Below are positions 32,801 to 43,032 of a DNA stretch of 64,000 nucleotides, piece after piece. The stretch's first letter is position 1. Every line of letters starts with the position of its first letter. The notes under the pieces were generated by a model. That model made no database searches. It was not told the origin of the DNA and saw only the letters and a program-made list of their open reading frames with translations. Source of the stretch: an uncultured Verrucomicrobiae bacterium (GTDB lineage Bacteria; Chlamydiota; Chlamydiia; Chlamydiales; Rhabdochlamydiaceae); NCBI GenBank assembly GCA_963818965.1, contig CAWFUG010000009.1, positions 320,001-384,000 on the forward strand. Reading direction: 5' to 3'. The translations under genes and the position numbers were made by a program.

Positions 32801-33676
32801 ATGTGGCCCCTCTTAATCGTCCTCTTTTTCTGTAGTCCATTACTCGCTCATCCTCCAGCCGAAAAAACTCTGGAACAGACCATCGAACAATCGGTCAGTC
32901 AAGGGTATGATGAAGACTTTATCGATCTTATCGAAATGATCTATGGCAAAGGGTTTCTCTCTCAAGGAGGGAGCGCATCTGTCGAGCGGATGCTGGAAGG
33001 CAGCGCTCTAGAAAACCAGAAAATTTTAGATATCGGCTCAGGACTAGGGGGACCAGCACTTCATCTCGCAAAAACTTATCCTATCGAGATCACAGGGTTG
33101 GAGCCGCAGCAATGGCTGCATGAAAAAGCCGTTACAAGCCTCGAAGAAGAACCAGAATCCCTCAAGGGCTCTATCCGGTTTGTCTTGATGGATGATCCCT
33201 CTCGTTTGGCGCAGTTTGCCGATGAGACGTTCGATATTGTAATCAGCAAGGAGGCAATCCTCCATATCCCCATTCCCTATAAAAAGCCCTTTTTTGCAGA
33301 GATCCACAGAGTGCTAAAACCAGGAGGGGAGCTCATCGTCATGGATTGGATGCATGCAGGCCCCAAATACAGTGAAAAGACGCAGAAGATGATAGAAATG
33401 GATGGAATTGCCTACCATCTCGTGGCGCCAATAGAGTATCGAGAACTCCTCCAAGAGTCGGGATTTCTACAGATCGAAATGGAAAATATCTCCGCAGAAA
33501 CGGCTCAATTTTCTCAAGAGAACATCGATAAGATCGGAGAATTGGCCCCAGCCATCCGAGAAAAATACGGCCAAGAGGTCTATGATTACTGCATCGAAAC
33601 CTGGAGCTACCAGCGGGATGCATTCGCTTCAGAAGAGCTGATTACGACGATCTTCCGGGCCAAAAAGAGGCTCTAG
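32801..33676 (+). CDS. SAM methyltransferase, phosphoethanolamine N-methyltransferase-like, with signal peptide
   Basis: YGKGFLSQGG, LDIGSGLGG, SKEAILHI, LKPGG. Confidence 0.8.
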   Translation: MWPLLIVLFFCSPLLAHPPAEKTLEQTIEQSVSQGYDEDFIDLIEMIYGKGFLSQGGSASVERMLEGSALENQKILDIGSGLGGPALHLAKTYPIEITGLEPQQWLHEKAVTSLEEEPESLKGSIRFVLMDDPSRLAQFADETFDIVISKEAILHIPIPYKKPFFAEIHRVLKPGGELIVMDWMHAGPKYSEKTQKMIEMDGIAYHLVAPIEYRELLQESGFLQIEMENISAETAQFSQENIDKIGELAPAIREKYGQEVYDYCIETWSYQRDAFASEELITTIFRAKKRL

Positions 33677-33877
33677 CTGCCCGTGGGCAATGTGTAAAGT
33701 TTAGAATTTAATATATAAGATAATTAAAAATATAAATAGTTGTGTAAAAACGTCTTTTCCATAACTTGCTTAAAGTCACAAGGTTTTGTCTTTAAAGTAA
33801 ATGTTGTAATTGCTGTTAATTTTGTTTTATTTTATGATTAATTTATATTTTTTGTAATTTTTAAAAAGGTGTCTGTT

Positions 33878-35062
33878 ATGCAAGCTGTTCAACCCACGGC
33901 AAATTTTGCTTCCTATAATCAATTAGGAAATAGCTCCGATTTGGAGATTTTAAGTCGAATAGAATTAGCGGTCGAAGGGAATCCAGAATCGATTCAATTA
34001 CTCTATGAAGAATTAAGTCCAGCGACAAAAACTCTTTTAGACAAGCAGTGTCTAAAGATAACGGGACATTGGTTGTATGCGACGCAGTGGAAAGCGGTCC
34101 CGCAAACGACATTTTCTCCTCTCTGTACAAAATACAGTCAAAAACCGAAAAAGGGGGAGCCACGCAATGTCATTTACCAGACGATCGAAGCAGTTTCAAG
34201 AGTGATTCCAAAATTCCCTCGTCTCTCTCCAGAGCAGCGAAGAGAGCAATTTCCAGATTCAGCGGGTAAATTGTCTTGTATTCCCTGTGATATTTTCGAA
34301 ACGGAAATTCTTCCGCAAGTGAATACTTTAACATCTTTTTGTGATCTCGGAAGAGTCTGCAAACTTTTTTATCAGATGACGCAACCGCTTCTAGCTCCTT
34401 TAAATGACCCTTGTACAATTGTTTTTTGGAAAAAAGACTGGGAAAAAAGATTTATAGAGATTAAGGAAGAGCCCACACTTCCCAGAGATTTCTTTGATAA
34501 ACTTCCGATCTCTTATCCTTATCGACTGGCAGGCTCATCCACTGTGGATTCATATCCACCTCCTCTAGAATTATGTCGCTTTATTGTTTTGATGCCAAAT
34601 CAGGTTTGTCTGGAGCCTAATGAGGATTGTTGCTTGCCTTATAACTTGAGGAATTGGGCGGAGTTAACTCCTAATTTTGGTCTTGATTGGGAAGTGTGGG
34701 CACCACCGGAACTCGCAGGTGAGCTTGATGACCAACCTATAAAAAGGCCCTATGCAATAGAGATGGGAGGCTCACCCATTGAGCGGGGAAAACCTTATGC
34801 TAACCAAATCGAACAGCTTCCTACCGATTGGTGTAATGGAAGCACATTAGAAATCACGACCGTTTTTAAGGTTTGTAGAAATAAAGAAGGGTGTCTGTTT
34901 AGGCGCAATTCAGCAGGCGGAGACGAAAGCGCGGTTCGAGTGGAGGACGTAGTGGAAGGCAGACAGGTAGAAGTGCTTCGTTACGGAGATCGTTTAGAGG
35001 TAAGGAATCATTGCACACCTAGTTCTACTACAGGGATTATGCCCATCAGAAGATTCATTTAA
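33878..35062 (+). CDS. Hypothetical protein with internal F-box-like motif
   Basis: LSCIPCDIFETEILPQV...DLGRVCKLFYQM. Confidence 0.65.
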   Translation: MQAVQPTANFASYNQLGNSSDLEILSRIELAVEGNPESIQLLYEELSPATKTLLDKQCLKITGHWLYATQWKAVPQTTFSPLCTKYSQKPKKGEPRNVIYQTIEAVSRVIPKFPRLSPEQRREQFPDSAGKLSCIPCDIFETEILPQVNTLTSFCDLGRVCKLFYQMTQPLLAPLNDPCTIVFWKKDWEKRFIEIKEEPTLPRDFFDKLPISYPYRLAGSSTVDSYPPPLELCRFIVLMPNQVCLEPNEDCCLPYNLRNWAELTPNFGLDWEVWAPPELAGELDDQPIKRPYAIEMGGSPIERGKPYANQIEQLPTDWCNGSTLEITTVFKVCRNKEGCLFRRNSAGGDESAVRVEDVVEGRQVEVLRYGDRLEVRNHCTPSSTTGIMPIRRFI

Positions 35063-35078
35063 CGCGCCGAATTTTAGG

Positions 35079-35105
35079 ACAAAAGGGGCTCTAAGCCCCT
35101 TTTGT
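35079..35105. terminator. Bidirectional rho-independent terminator
   Basis: ACAAAAGGGGCT-CTA-AGCCCCTTTTGT between convergent genes. Confidence 0.85.
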
Positions 35106-35116
35106 ATCTACTCTTC

Positions 35117-35875
35117 CTATCTTGACCTTGCATAACTTTCCATAGCCGCAAACATAAACTCAAGCAGCTTGGGATGATGCTTATCGAAGGCCTCTTTCCA
35201 ATCCGGATGACCTAAGAAAAATTGAGCCTTTTCCACCAGCTCTTCTCGCTTGATCTCAATGCCGAACTGCTTGAGATGTTGCAAGTGGCGACGCACGAGC
35301 GCATGGGCGATAGGGGAATCGGGCGCCTCTTTTGCTTCAATCGCTCTGACGTAGTCCTTGAGCAATTGCTCCCAGCTCTGTTGCACTCGCTGCCAATCCT
35401 CAGGGGCCCATTTTTCTAGCTTTTGGCGCAGCTCCTGTACCTCTTCTTTCGTTGCATGCCCTCCTTCGATGATGTACCTTTCATGACCTTGCTGTTTGGG
35501 GCTATTCAATCCTTCAAAGAATTCTCGATCTTTCATCTTCTTTTTTCCTGTTAAGTGTTTGATCGTATTGTCGATGGTTCGGATCATCTCCTGCGTTTTT
35601 TCTAACTCCTGGAGCAGCATTTTTCGATGCGAGTGAAGAGCTGCCAGTTTGTCGAAATCCCCCTTTTTGAGAATGGCCCGAATTTTTTGCAGCTCGAATC
35701 CCAAATTCTTAAAAAAAAGGATCTGTTGCAAAAGAAGCAGCTGCTCCTCTTCATAGTACCTGTAGCCGTTGGCTCCAAAATAGGCCGGCTTAAGAAGACC
35801 TACTGCATCGTAATGATGGAGGGTCCTCACACTGACTCCAGAAAGTTTAGCTAATTTTTGAACCGTGTAAACCAT
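35117..35875 (-). CDS. MerR-family regulator with TipAS-like domain
   Basis: LAKLSGVSVRTLHHYDAVGLLKP, GYRYY. Confidence 0.92.
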   Translation of the reverse strand: MVYTVQKLAKLSGVSVRTLHHYDAVGLLKPAYFGANGYRYYEEEQLLLLQQILFFKNLGFELQKIRAILKKGDFDKLAALHSHRKMLLQELEKTQEMIRTIDNTIKHLTGKKKMKDREFFEGLNSPKQQGHERYIIEGGHATKEEVQELRQKLEKWAPEDWQRVQQSWEQLLKDYVRAIEAKEAPDSPIAHALVRRHLQHLKQFGIEIKREELVEKAQFFLGHPDWKEAFDKHHPKLLEFMFAAMESYARSR

Positions 35876-35918
35876 CGATCTCTCTCTTTAAATCCCTATG
35901 ATTTTAAAGAATGACACC

Positions 35919-35949
35919 AATATAAGCTATGACGTTACGTGAGAGTCAA
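35919..35949 (-). promoter_or_regulatory. MerR-type promoter with 19-bp spacer and operator dyad
   Basis: TTGACT-ctcACGTaACGTcatagct-TATATT on the minus strand. Confidence 0.8.
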
Positions 35950-35964
35950 TAGGTGGGAATTATT

Positions 35965-37437
35965 TTATTTTTCTTTCTCGATCAGAGAGGCTTGAAGGAG
36001 CTTTTTGCTCCATGCGATGCGCGCTTTTTCCGGTTCCCCCTCGAGAGCTTTAAACCCCTCAGGATCCAGTTCCCCGAGCGCTTCGACCCACACCTTTTGT
36101 GTCATGAGAAAGGCGTGTAGAGTGTCTTCATTCCCCAGTGCTGCCTCGACCCGTTCTGTCGCCGCCTGTAGTGATTCCTCCGATAAATCAGTGTAGGCGA
36201 GGTGGCTGAGATCGTCGATCTTTAGGAGTTGGAATTTGTCTTGAAAGAGATAGTGGTAGCCGAAATAGAGGTCGGTCTCGTCGACAAAGGGGAACCCTTT
36301 TTCTTGTTCCTTGACAATGGTTTGCAGGATCTCAGGGACAAAAACTACCCGGGTGAGCACACCGCATAAGCCCGGCAAATCTTGCTTGTTCCAGCCTGCG
36401 AGCTGATACTCCACCTCGACGTCCAGAAGCGATAGAGCGACTCGATTGCCCCACTTGGGGGTGCTATTCAGGAGGACACGGCGAAAAATAGGGCGAAAGT
36501 CATCCTGTTTATAGGCGCGCATTAAAAGATGGAGAATGCGCTGCGCGAGTTTGCTCGTTCTCTCATCTTGGCTCTTGAAATCTGCGTATTTAAATAACTT
36601 GAAAAACCAGTGTTGCAGCCTGGTTTCGAGTTCTGGGTCTGATAGAAACCTTTCGTATTTTAGATCGGTGAGGCAGTTTTCAGAAAGTTGTGCAGAGGTA
36701 TGGAGCGCTGTGAGGAATGTCTCTATGGGGCAGTTTCGACTGAATACTGAGGGGAATTCGCTGATGAAGACGCGCGGGGATGATTGCTGTCGGCAAAGGC
36801 GTGGGGTGACAGAGTCGGATAGGGCATTATTCCCGATGAGTGAGATGACACAAGAGGGGAGTTTTTTGATTTCCGTGGGAAAAGCCCTGATGGGGTTGCC
36901 ATCTAAAGAGAGTTTTTCGAGCGCTGTAAGAGAGCCGATGGTAGAGGGGATGGTCGTCAGGAGATTGCGCGAGAGGATAAGGATCTTCAAGGAAGAGAGC
37001 CTTTTAATCTCGGGAAACACCGTAGTGAGTTGATTGTTGTGGCAATTGAGTTTTTTCAAGTGGATTAAGAAGCGGAGCTCGGTCGGCAGCGTCTTGAGTT
37101 GGTTACTTTCGAGATTGAGATCTTCTAGTGCTGTTAGGAACTGAATAGTAGAAGGGAGGACTGTTAGGGCATTTTTGGAGAGATCGAGCACATGTAGGCC
37201 CTCACCGAATGCCGTAATGCGAAAGAGATCTGAGGGGATACTTTCTAACCCGTGGTTCAAAGAGAACTTTTGCCGTTGGGTTACGAACTGATTCACTTCT
37301 TCGGCTGCCGCCCTGCAAATTTCTTTGTATTCTGATGGGGTGCTTTCGATCCACGACTCGAGGACGCTGCCTAACAGACGGGGTGAAGCGGAGGGAGGGA
37401 GGGCACTGCAAGAGAGAGTAGGGAAAGAGCTGCTCAT
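35965..37437 (-). CDS. LRR protein with NEL-like C-terminal domain (1)
   Basis: LxxLxLxxNxL repeats; RVALSLLDVE, FVPEIL, FVDETDLY. Confidence 0.85.
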   Translation of the reverse strand: MSSSFPTLSCSALPPSASPRLLGSVLESWIESTPSEYKEICRAAAEEVNQFVTQRQKFSLNHGLESIPSDLFRITAFGEGLHVLDLSKNALTVLPSTIQFLTALEDLNLESNQLKTLPTELRFLIHLKKLNCHNNQLTTVFPEIKRLSSLKILILSRNLLTTIPSTIGSLTALEKLSLDGNPIRAFPTEIKKLPSCVISLIGNNALSDSVTPRLCRQQSSPRVFISEFPSVFSRNCPIETFLTALHTSAQLSENCLTDLKYERFLSDPELETRLQHWFFKLFKYADFKSQDERTSKLAQRILHLLMRAYKQDDFRPIFRRVLLNSTPKWGNRVALSLLDVEVEYQLAGWNKQDLPGLCGVLTRVVFVPEILQTIVKEQEKGFPFVDETDLYFGYHYLFQDKFQLLKIDDLSHLAYTDLSEESLQAATERVEAALGNEDTLHAFLMTQKVWVEALGELDPEGFKALEGEPEKARIAWSKKLLQASLIEKEK

Positions 37438-37592
37438 GAAAAAACCTAAATTGGCAAATTTTTTGCCGCAGATGCTAACCCGAGCCAACCTTAAATGGGA
37501 AGAGGAAAATTACCCCCTCCTTTCCGAAGTAAAAACGTCCCCAAAAAGGGACGGTATAACTTTGCATCGACAGGGGAATTTTTCTCGCCAGT

Positions 37593-39401
37593 CTAGGTCA
37601 GAGAGGCCTGAAGGAGCTTTTGGCTCCACGCGATGCGCGCTTCTTCTGGTTCCCCCTCAAGCGCTTTAAACCCCTCAGGATCTATTCTCTTAAGCGCTTC
37701 GATCCACACTTCTTGTGTCATGAGAAAACCATGCAGCGCGTCTTCATTTCCAAGCGTGGATTCGACGCGTTCTACTGCTGCGTGTAACTCTTCTTCAGAG
37801 AGATAGGTGTACGCGAGGTGGCGTAAATCATCGATCTCGAGGAGCTCGAGTCTTTCCCACAAAAGACTGTGGTAGCCGAAATAGAGATCCGTCTCATCGA
37901 CAAACGAAAACTGGTCTTTCTTTTCCTGGATAATCGATTTTAAGATCTCGGGAACAAACACCCCTCGAGCGAGCAAGCGACTCAAGCTCGGTAAATCGCG
38001 CTTGTCGCAGAGTGCGAGCTGATACTGCACCTCGATGTCGAGGAGCGACAGGGCGATTCGAGTGTCCTTTGCCTGCACACTTGCGATGACGACAGACCGA
38101 AACACAGCGCGGAACTGTGGGTCTTCAGTTGCGAGCTTCAAGAGATTGAACATCCTTTGGGCCAGCTTTCCCTTTCTAGTATCTTCGCTTTGAAAACTCG
38201 CATATTCGAATAATCTAAACAGCCAAGTATGCAATCGGACCTTGAATTCTGAATCTCCTTTATATAATTCTTCTAGATCTGTTTTCCCTCTAGATAGTAT
38301 TGTAAATCTACCGAGAGTTTGAATGAATGCCTCTATAGAATATTCCCGATTAAAATAGGGCCCGGACGACCCCTGCGAGAAGCGAGGGTAGCGAAGGTAG
38401 CAAAGGTAGCAAAGGTTTGTCTGCACAGATTGAGAGAGTGCATGCCCATACAGCTCAATAGTGCAAGATTTCAGATGATTGATCTCTAAAGGAAAGGCCC
38501 TGATAGGATTCTGTACAAGATATAGGTATTTCAAGGCTGTTAGGGAGCAGATAGTAGGAGAGGGCGCTGTGAGGCGATTATGGCTAAAATTGAGTTCTTC
38601 CAAGGAAACGAGGGTTCCTATTTCGGAAGGCATCACTGAGAATTTATTAGAATGGCAGGAGAGTTCTGTCAGAGTGGTCAGGGAGCTGATTGTGGAAGGG
38701 AGAGTTGTCAGATTATTGTGATTGATGCGCAGAGTTTTCAGAGCGGTCCATGATTCGATTTCAGAAGGAAGTGCGTCGAAATCATTAGAACCTAAATCAA
38801 GTCGCGTCAATCCTTGCAAGGAAACGAGTACAGTGGGGAAAGTCCTGAATTTATTGGCATCGAGATTGAGATGGGTCAATTGCGTTAAGGTGGCAAATTC
38901 AGCAGGGAGCTGCAATAGCTTATTGCTATTGAGCTGAAGGGTCGTCAATGCTATTAAAGATCCAATCGAACCATGGAGATAATGGATCTTATTTAAGGAG
39001 AGATTGAGGTCTTTAAGTCTATCTAATCCCTCCTCAATGTACCAAGTTTTGTCGAAAGCGTTACTCGAGAGATTGAGCTCCTCTAATGCCTTTAAGTGGC
39101 AAATCGTATGGGGCAGAGTCTTTAGGTGATTGTTAGAGAGCTCGAGTGTTTTTAAGTTTTGGCTCAGTATGGAAATGCGAAATAAGTCAAGAGGTATCGT
39201 CTGCAAACTCATTGCCTTTAACTTTAGGCGCTCTTTCTTTTCACCTGATACGACAGCGTAAATGCGCTGACTCGCCCTTTGGCAACTTGCTTTTTCATAG
39301 GGGGAACTAGCGCTTTTATCCCAACCATCGAGAATACCTGGTAGAGAACTCGGTGGTAAGAGGGAATCAGAGAGATGAGAGAGGGAAGTGAGCTGGCTCA
39401 T
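37593..39401 (-). CDS. LRR protein with NEL-like C-terminal domain (2)
   Basis: About 10 LRRs; same C-terminal domain. Confidence 0.85.
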   Translation of the reverse strand: MSQLTSLSHLSDSLLPPSSLPGILDGWDKSASSPYEKASCQRASQRIYAVVSGEKKERLKLKAMSLQTIPLDLFRISILSQNLKTLELSNNHLKTLPHTICHLKALEELNLSSNAFDKTWYIEEGLDRLKDLNLSLNKIHYLHGSIGSLIALTTLQLNSNKLLQLPAEFATLTQLTHLNLDANKFRTFPTVLVSLQGLTRLDLGSNDFDALPSEIESWTALKTLRINHNNLTTLPSTISSLTTLTELSCHSNKFSVMPSEIGTLVSLEELNFSHNRLTAPSPTICSLTALKYLYLVQNPIRAFPLEINHLKSCTIELYGHALSQSVQTNLCYLCYLRYPRFSQGSSGPYFNREYSIEAFIQTLGRFTILSRGKTDLEELYKGDSEFKVRLHTWLFRLFEYASFQSEDTRKGKLAQRMFNLLKLATEDPQFRAVFRSVVIASVQAKDTRIALSLLDIEVQYQLALCDKRDLPSLSRLLARGVFVPEILKSIIQEKKDQFSFVDETDLYFGYHSLLWERLELLEIDDLRHLAYTYLSEEELHAAVERVESTLGNEDALHGFLMTQEVWIEALKRIDPEGFKALEGEPEEARIAWSQKLLQASLT

Positions 39402-39479
39402 AAAAACCTAAAAGGGCAAATTTTTTGCCGCAGATGATAACGCAGCCTCTTTCTAAATGGGAAGGAAAATTTTTTCTCT

Positions 39480-41780
39480 CTAGGCCAGAGCGGTCTGGAG
39501 GAGCTTTTTGCTCCAGGCAACGGATGTTTCTCCCGCTGTTTCCTCGAGAGTTTTAAACCCTTCAGGGTCCAGTGCCTTGAGCGCTTCCAACCACACCGCT
39601 TCTGTCATGAGAAAACCATGCAGCGCGTCTTCATTTCCAAGCGTGGATTCGACGCGTTCTACTGCTGCGTGTAACTCTTCTTCAGAGAGATAGGTGTACG
39701 CGAGGTGGCGTAAATCATCGATCTCGAGGAGCTCGAGTCTTTCCCACAAAAGACTGTGGTAGCCGAAATAGAGATCCGTCTCATCGACAAACGAAAACTG
39801 GTCTTTCTTTTCCTGGATAATCGATTTTAAGATCTCGGGAACAAACACCCCTCGAGCGAGCAAGCGACTCAAGCTCGGTAAATCGCGCTTGTCGCAGAGT
39901 GCGAGCTGATACTGCACCTCGACGTCGAGCAACGACAGGGCGACTCGGGTGTCTTTTGTCTGCGCGCTTGCGATGACGACGGATCGAAAAACAGCGCGGA
40001 ACTGTGGGTCTTCGCTTGCGAGCTTCAAGAGGTTACACATCCTCTGGGCTAGTTTGGCCTCTTTCGTAAGGCCTCTTCCGAAATCTGCATATTCAAATAA
40101 TCTAAAGATCCAGGAGTGGAGTCGGATCTTGAATTCTGAATCTCCTTTGCACAATTGATCGGGATCGATTTGTCTTGCAAAGTGTGCGATCGACTCGAGC
40201 TTTTGAACAAAGCCCCCTACAGAGTGCTCTCGATCGAACTTAAACAGAGGTTTATACCCGTGAATTTGAGGAAATGAAGAACCTATTAGGCTCTGTTGTT
40301 GGATATATCTGCTGACCGATTCAGAGAGCCCATGGTTTTCTAGCTGAATGTGGCACGAGGTTCGGTGTCTGATTTCAGAGGGAAGGGCTCTAATTGGATT
40401 TTCCTTGAGATTGAGCTTTGCGAGCGCGGAATGGGCGCAAATGGCAGGAGAGAGCGTTGTTAGGGGATTATCAGAGAGGTCGAGAGTCTTTAAGAAAACG
40501 AAAGAGTCGAGCTCGGGTGGTGTTTTCGTTAGGCCATTGTCACGATAAAAAAGCTCTGTGAGGTTTGTTAGGCATCTCATTGTGGCGGGCAGGGTCTGAA
40601 AAAAGTTGGCAGAGATATCGAGTATTTTTAATGCCGTACAAGAACTTAGCTCAGAAGGAAGAACTCTTAGATAATTACTGTTTAGGTCGAGATGTGTTAG
40701 ATTTTTCAATAACTTAAGCCAAGAGGGGGGAATGTTTAGATCTCCGTTAGAGCCGAGCTTGAGCTTTGTCACTCGCGTTAGTTTTGCTATTTCAGAAGGG
40801 AGGAATCGTAACTTAGTATGGGATAGGTCGAGTTCTTCTAATGCCGTGAAACGTCCAATGTTCGAGTCGAGGTTTTCTAGTTCATTACACTGGAGATTGA
40901 GTTTTTTGAGTGCAGGCAGATCGGCACGGTAAATGGGTAAATCTTCGAAGCGATTTTGCGAGAGATTGAGCTCTGTGAGGTTGGTTAGATCTGCTCTTGT
41001 CCACAGCAGAGTCTCTTTAAGACAGTTTCCGGAGACATAAAGTACTTTTAGTGCTGTACAAGATTCTATTTCATCAGGAAGCGTATCTAAATGATTATTG
41101 TTTAAGTTGAGGTGTGTTAGATTTTTTAGAGATCTAATCCAAGAGGGGAGAACCTCTAGGTTGCTGTTAGAATTGAGATTTAATTTTGTCAATTGCGTTA
41201 GCGTCGCTAGTGTAGAAGGGAGGTAGCGGAGGTAATTGTTACCGAGCCCGAGCTCTTCTAGTGTTGTAAAACGTCCAATCTCACAGGAGAGCTCTTCCAT
41301 TTGATTCATGGAGAGATCGACTTTTTTGAGAGCAGGTAAATGCTGATGGGCGATCGGTGATACTTTGAAGCGATTATTCAATAGGTTGAGCTCTTCTAGT
41401 GTTGTAGAATCTTCGAGGGTGAGCCATTCGAGCTGATTATGCGAGAGATCGAGTATTTTCAGCGCGGGAAGACGCGTAGAGGTGATGGAGGAGAAATATT
41501 TCAAGCGATTATTCGAGAGGTTAAGCTCTTCAAGTGCTACTAAATATTGAGTAGGCGGCGGGTTTTCTAAATAGTTTCCAGAGAGATCGAGTACTTGGAG
41601 GTTTTGGCTGAAGGCTCCAGCGCAGAATAAACCAGGCGGCAACTCTTTTACCCCAGAGTTTAAGGAGTATTTTTTTCGACCACACGCTGTTTCTTCGTAC
41701 AGTATTTGATCTTCTGAGGAGGAGGAACTAAAGGAACCAGAGGAAGGGGAAATAGCAGATAAGGAGGAGTTCAGGCTCAT
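39480..41780 (-). CDS. LRR protein with NEL-like C-terminal domain (3)
   Basis: Ser-rich N-terminus, about 18 LRRs, same C-terminal domain. Confidence 0.85.
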   Translation of the reverse strand: MSLNSSLSAISPSSGSFSSSSSEDQILYEETACGRKKYSLNSGVKELPPGLFCAGAFSQNLQVLDLSGNYLENPPPTQYLVALEELNLSNNRLKYFSSITSTRLPALKILDLSHNQLEWLTLEDSTTLEELNLLNNRFKVSPIAHQHLPALKKVDLSMNQMEELSCEIGRFTTLEELGLGNNYLRYLPSTLATLTQLTKLNLNSNSNLEVLPSWIRSLKNLTHLNLNNNHLDTLPDEIESCTALKVLYVSGNCLKETLLWTRADLTNLTELNLSQNRFEDLPIYRADLPALKKLNLQCNELENLDSNIGRFTALEELDLSHTKLRFLPSEIAKLTRVTKLKLGSNGDLNIPPSWLKLLKNLTHLDLNSNYLRVLPSELSSCTALKILDISANFFQTLPATMRCLTNLTELFYRDNGLTKTPPELDSFVFLKTLDLSDNPLTTLSPAICAHSALAKLNLKENPIRALPSEIRHRTSCHIQLENHGLSESVSRYIQQQSLIGSSFPQIHGYKPLFKFDREHSVGGFVQKLESIAHFARQIDPDQLCKGDSEFKIRLHSWIFRLFEYADFGRGLTKEAKLAQRMCNLLKLASEDPQFRAVFRSVVIASAQTKDTRVALSLLDVEVQYQLALCDKRDLPSLSRLLARGVFVPEILKSIIQEKKDQFSFVDETDLYFGYHSLLWERLELLEIDDLRHLAYTYLSEEELHAAVERVESTLGNEDALHGFLMTEAVWLEALKALDPEGFKTLEETAGETSVAWSKKLLQTALA

Positions 41781-41913
41781 AAAAATCCAGCAGTCAATTT
41801 TTTTGACCCTAGGTTATAAAATAAACCGGCACTAAAGAGAAAGAAGAAATAGATTTCAGTCGGCACTCAGCCACGAGCAGTTTGTGGCTAAGTGCAGTTA
41901 CACCCACCATCGC

Positions 41914-42249
41914 TCAATAGCAGTGCAAAAAGCGCTCGAGTTGTGCCGATGCGTCTTTTAGCGCAGTCTGAAAGGCGATCCGTTGCATCGTGGGGGACAT
42001 CTCGGGGACCTCTGTCAGATCGATGATCGCAGATTTGAGGTGGATTTCGTGGGGCTTGATCTCTGCGTGGCGGGCATTGAGCAGGTCGATGATCAATTCC
42101 GCGTGATCTTCTAATTCGTTACGGGTCGGTGTGTACTTAGGCTCTTTGAGCATTTTAGAGAGCAGGGTGTCGACTTTGCCCTTGATCCTCTCTGCCTCTT
42201 TGCAGCAAGCGAGCGGGCGTTTCGAGGGTTGGGCATGCATTGCGGACAT
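41914..42249 (-). CDS. Hypothetical protein
   Basis: 111-aa ORF with GGAGG RBS; hairpin downstream at about 41864-41896. Confidence 0.6.
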   Translation of the reverse strand: MSAMHAQPSKRPLACCKEAERIKGKVDTLLSKMLKEPKYTPTRNELEDHAELIIDLLNARHAEIKPHEIHLKSAIIDLTEVPEMSPTMQRIAFQTALKDASAQLERFLHCY

Positions 42250-42315
42250 AGTTTCCTCCAGATTATCTTGTCTTAATCTTGATTATTTTGTTTATTATAT
42301 TATAATTCAAAGTAT

Positions 42316-43032
42316 TTATTGTTTTAATACTGTTTGTATTAAACTAAGTGCAACAAGCGGAGCGGTTTCTGCGCGTAAAATATTGGGGTGGAGGCGAACG
42401 CCTTTGGCCTTGAGGGTTTCTCTGAGGAACGTCTCTTCTCGGGGATCGAATCCCTTTTCTGGCCCGATGAAGAGGACGGCGGGGAGGGTATCGATCGGCT
42501 CGAGCGTCCAGAGATAGGGGGCTTCGGAGGTGAGGTCTCCAAAGAGGAGCGTCCCCTCGAGAGGTTTCCACTGAAGAAGGGGCGGTTTTAAGTGGATTGC
42601 AGGGAGATCGAGCCTGCCTGATTGTTTCATGGCGGCGATCGCGAGGTGGTTGAGGCGGGTGAGCATTGTGGATTTGAGTTCTACGATTTCGCTGCGCATC
42701 CCAGGGAAAAGCCAAAACTCTGCCGCCCCGAGCTCTGTGCCCTTTTCGATGACCCAATCGAGGTTGCTCTTGCGCGGCATTCCCAAAGCGAGGATGACGG
42801 AGGCCTTTGGCACAGCTCCTGTATAGACCTGCTCGACATGGACGTTAGCAGAGCGTTTTCCCAATGCCTCGACTCGGGCCTGTCCCAGCTGCCCCCGCCC
42901 GTTGACGAGCTCTAAAGGGGCACCGACTTTTGCGCGTGAGACGTGAGCGAGGTGGTGCCACTCTCCCTCAGTAATCGCGTAAGTCTTCCCCTTCTCGAGG
43001 GGCAGATCGATGTAGTACCGGTCGTGTGGCAT
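42316..43032 (-). CDS. rsmE: 16S rRNA m3U1498 methyltransferase
   Basis: EKGTELG, AMKQSGR, IGPEKGF, ILRAETA. Confidence 0.93.
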   Translation of the reverse strand: MPHDRYYIDLPLEKGKTYAITEGEWHHLAHVSRAKVGAPLELVNGRGQLGQARVEALGKRSANVHVEQVYTGAVPKASVILALGMPRKSNLDWVIEKGTELGAAEFWLFPGMRSEIVELKSTMLTRLNHLAIAAMKQSGRLDLPAIHLKPPLLQWKPLEGTLLFGDLTSEAPYLWTLEPIDTLPAVLFIGPEKGFDPREETFLRETLKAKGVRLHPNILRAETAPLVALSLIQTVLKQ

